A stretch of 63,592 nucleotides of DNA, the filler included, from Chiloscyllium plagiosum (taxonomy: Eukaryota), in NCBI RefSeq assembly GCF_004010195.1. It is 4 parts of one record of this genome, joined end to end, with 100 filler letters (N's around TTAATTAATTAA, not from the genome) between each part and the next. Parts side by side here need not be neighbours in the genome. Positions count along the whole stretch, not along the records: positions 57,745 to 63,592 come from NC_057713.1; 3 more parts are not named here. One strand, given 5' to 3'. This document shows, one piece after another, positions 62,966-63,592 of the stretch (within the stretch, counting starts at the first letter, position 1; each line of letters opens with the position of its first letter). Below the pieces are notes generated by a model. That model searched no databases. It was not told where the DNA came from and saw only the letters and a list, made by a program, of their open reading frames with translations. The position numbers and the translations under genes were made by a program.

Positions 62966-63592
62966 CAGCGGAGCAGTTAAGGGCTGTTTGGCAGTGGCTG
63001 CTTGAAGGCTCGGTGACGTTTGTTTAACGGTTTAAATTTGAAAGTTTTTAAAAAAAAAAGCGCGGAGCGGACCTGGAAGCTGGTGTGGCGCTAGCTTACC
63101 TGGATAGGTTTCTTTCCCTATAAAAGGGCGCAGGAGAGGAACCCGAGGCACTATAGAGGTAGTGCCTCCCACCTGCCCTCCTCCTCTAACCTAATAATAA
63201 GACCCGTTGTGGTAAGTAGGTAAGTGCTGCATTTTGCTTGTTCTATTCGTTAGACCTAGTTTTTTTTTTAAAAGGTTACATTTAGAGGGATGGCAGTGAA
63301 GGCAGTGCAATGTTCGTCTTGCAACATGTTTGAGGTGAGGGATGCCATGGTCATCCCTGCTGATTACACTTGCAGGAAGTGCACCCATCTCCAGCTCCTC
63401 CAAGACCGTGTTAGGGAACTGGAGCTGGAGTTGGATGAACTTAGGATCATTCGGGAGGCAGAGGGGGTCATAGATCGGAGCTTTAGGGAAGTAGTTGGGG
63501 GGATGACTTACCAGGGGTAAGTAACGGGGCACAGGTCTCTGGCACGGAGCCTGTCCCCGTTACAAAGAAGGGAAGGGTGAAGAAGAACAGAG
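62966..63592 (+). mobile_element. CR1 LINE 5' end (5' UTR + ORF1 start)
   Basis: CpG-rich leader followed by ORF1. Confidence 0.75.
63290..63520 (+). pseudogene. CR1 ORF1p N-terminus (CxxC..CxxC zinc finger + leucine-zipper coiled coil), truncated
   Basis: MAVKAVQCSSCNMFEV..YTCRKCTHLQLLQDRVRELELELDELRIIRE. Confidence 0.8.

Overview
Repeat-rich vertebrate genomic DNA, almost certainly from a shark or ray, because HE1-type SINEs and HER1/CR1 LINEs share a 3' tail here. The window is not one locus. Three identical 100-bp spacers (44 N + TTAATTAATTAA + 44 N) join four contigs: 1-28953, 29054-52054, 52155-57644 and 57745-end. I can support only two host exons: a 126-bp minus-strand STK3/MST2 exon (34410-34535) and a 109-bp plus-strand MPPE1 exon (59174-59282). 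They lie on different contigs. Most of the rest is decayed retroelements: CR1, a second CR1/L2-like family, Rex1/Babar, Tx1, Penelope-like elements and Gypsy, plus one Tc1/mariner (Tigger-like) MITE. Highlights: (i) a young-looking LTR-like insertion (21944-22843) with an array of 80-bp hairpin-bearing repeats and a duplicated, highly structured 115-nt unit after a TATA-like box; (ii) about a dozen minimal hammerhead-ribozyme motifs from several Penelope families, some with intact cores and one divergent pair in an MPPE1 intron; (iii) a Gypsy remnant with integrase upstream of RT (Gmr1 order) hosting a four-layer nested insertion. TE boundaries are approximate and family names come from motif recognition, not database searches.
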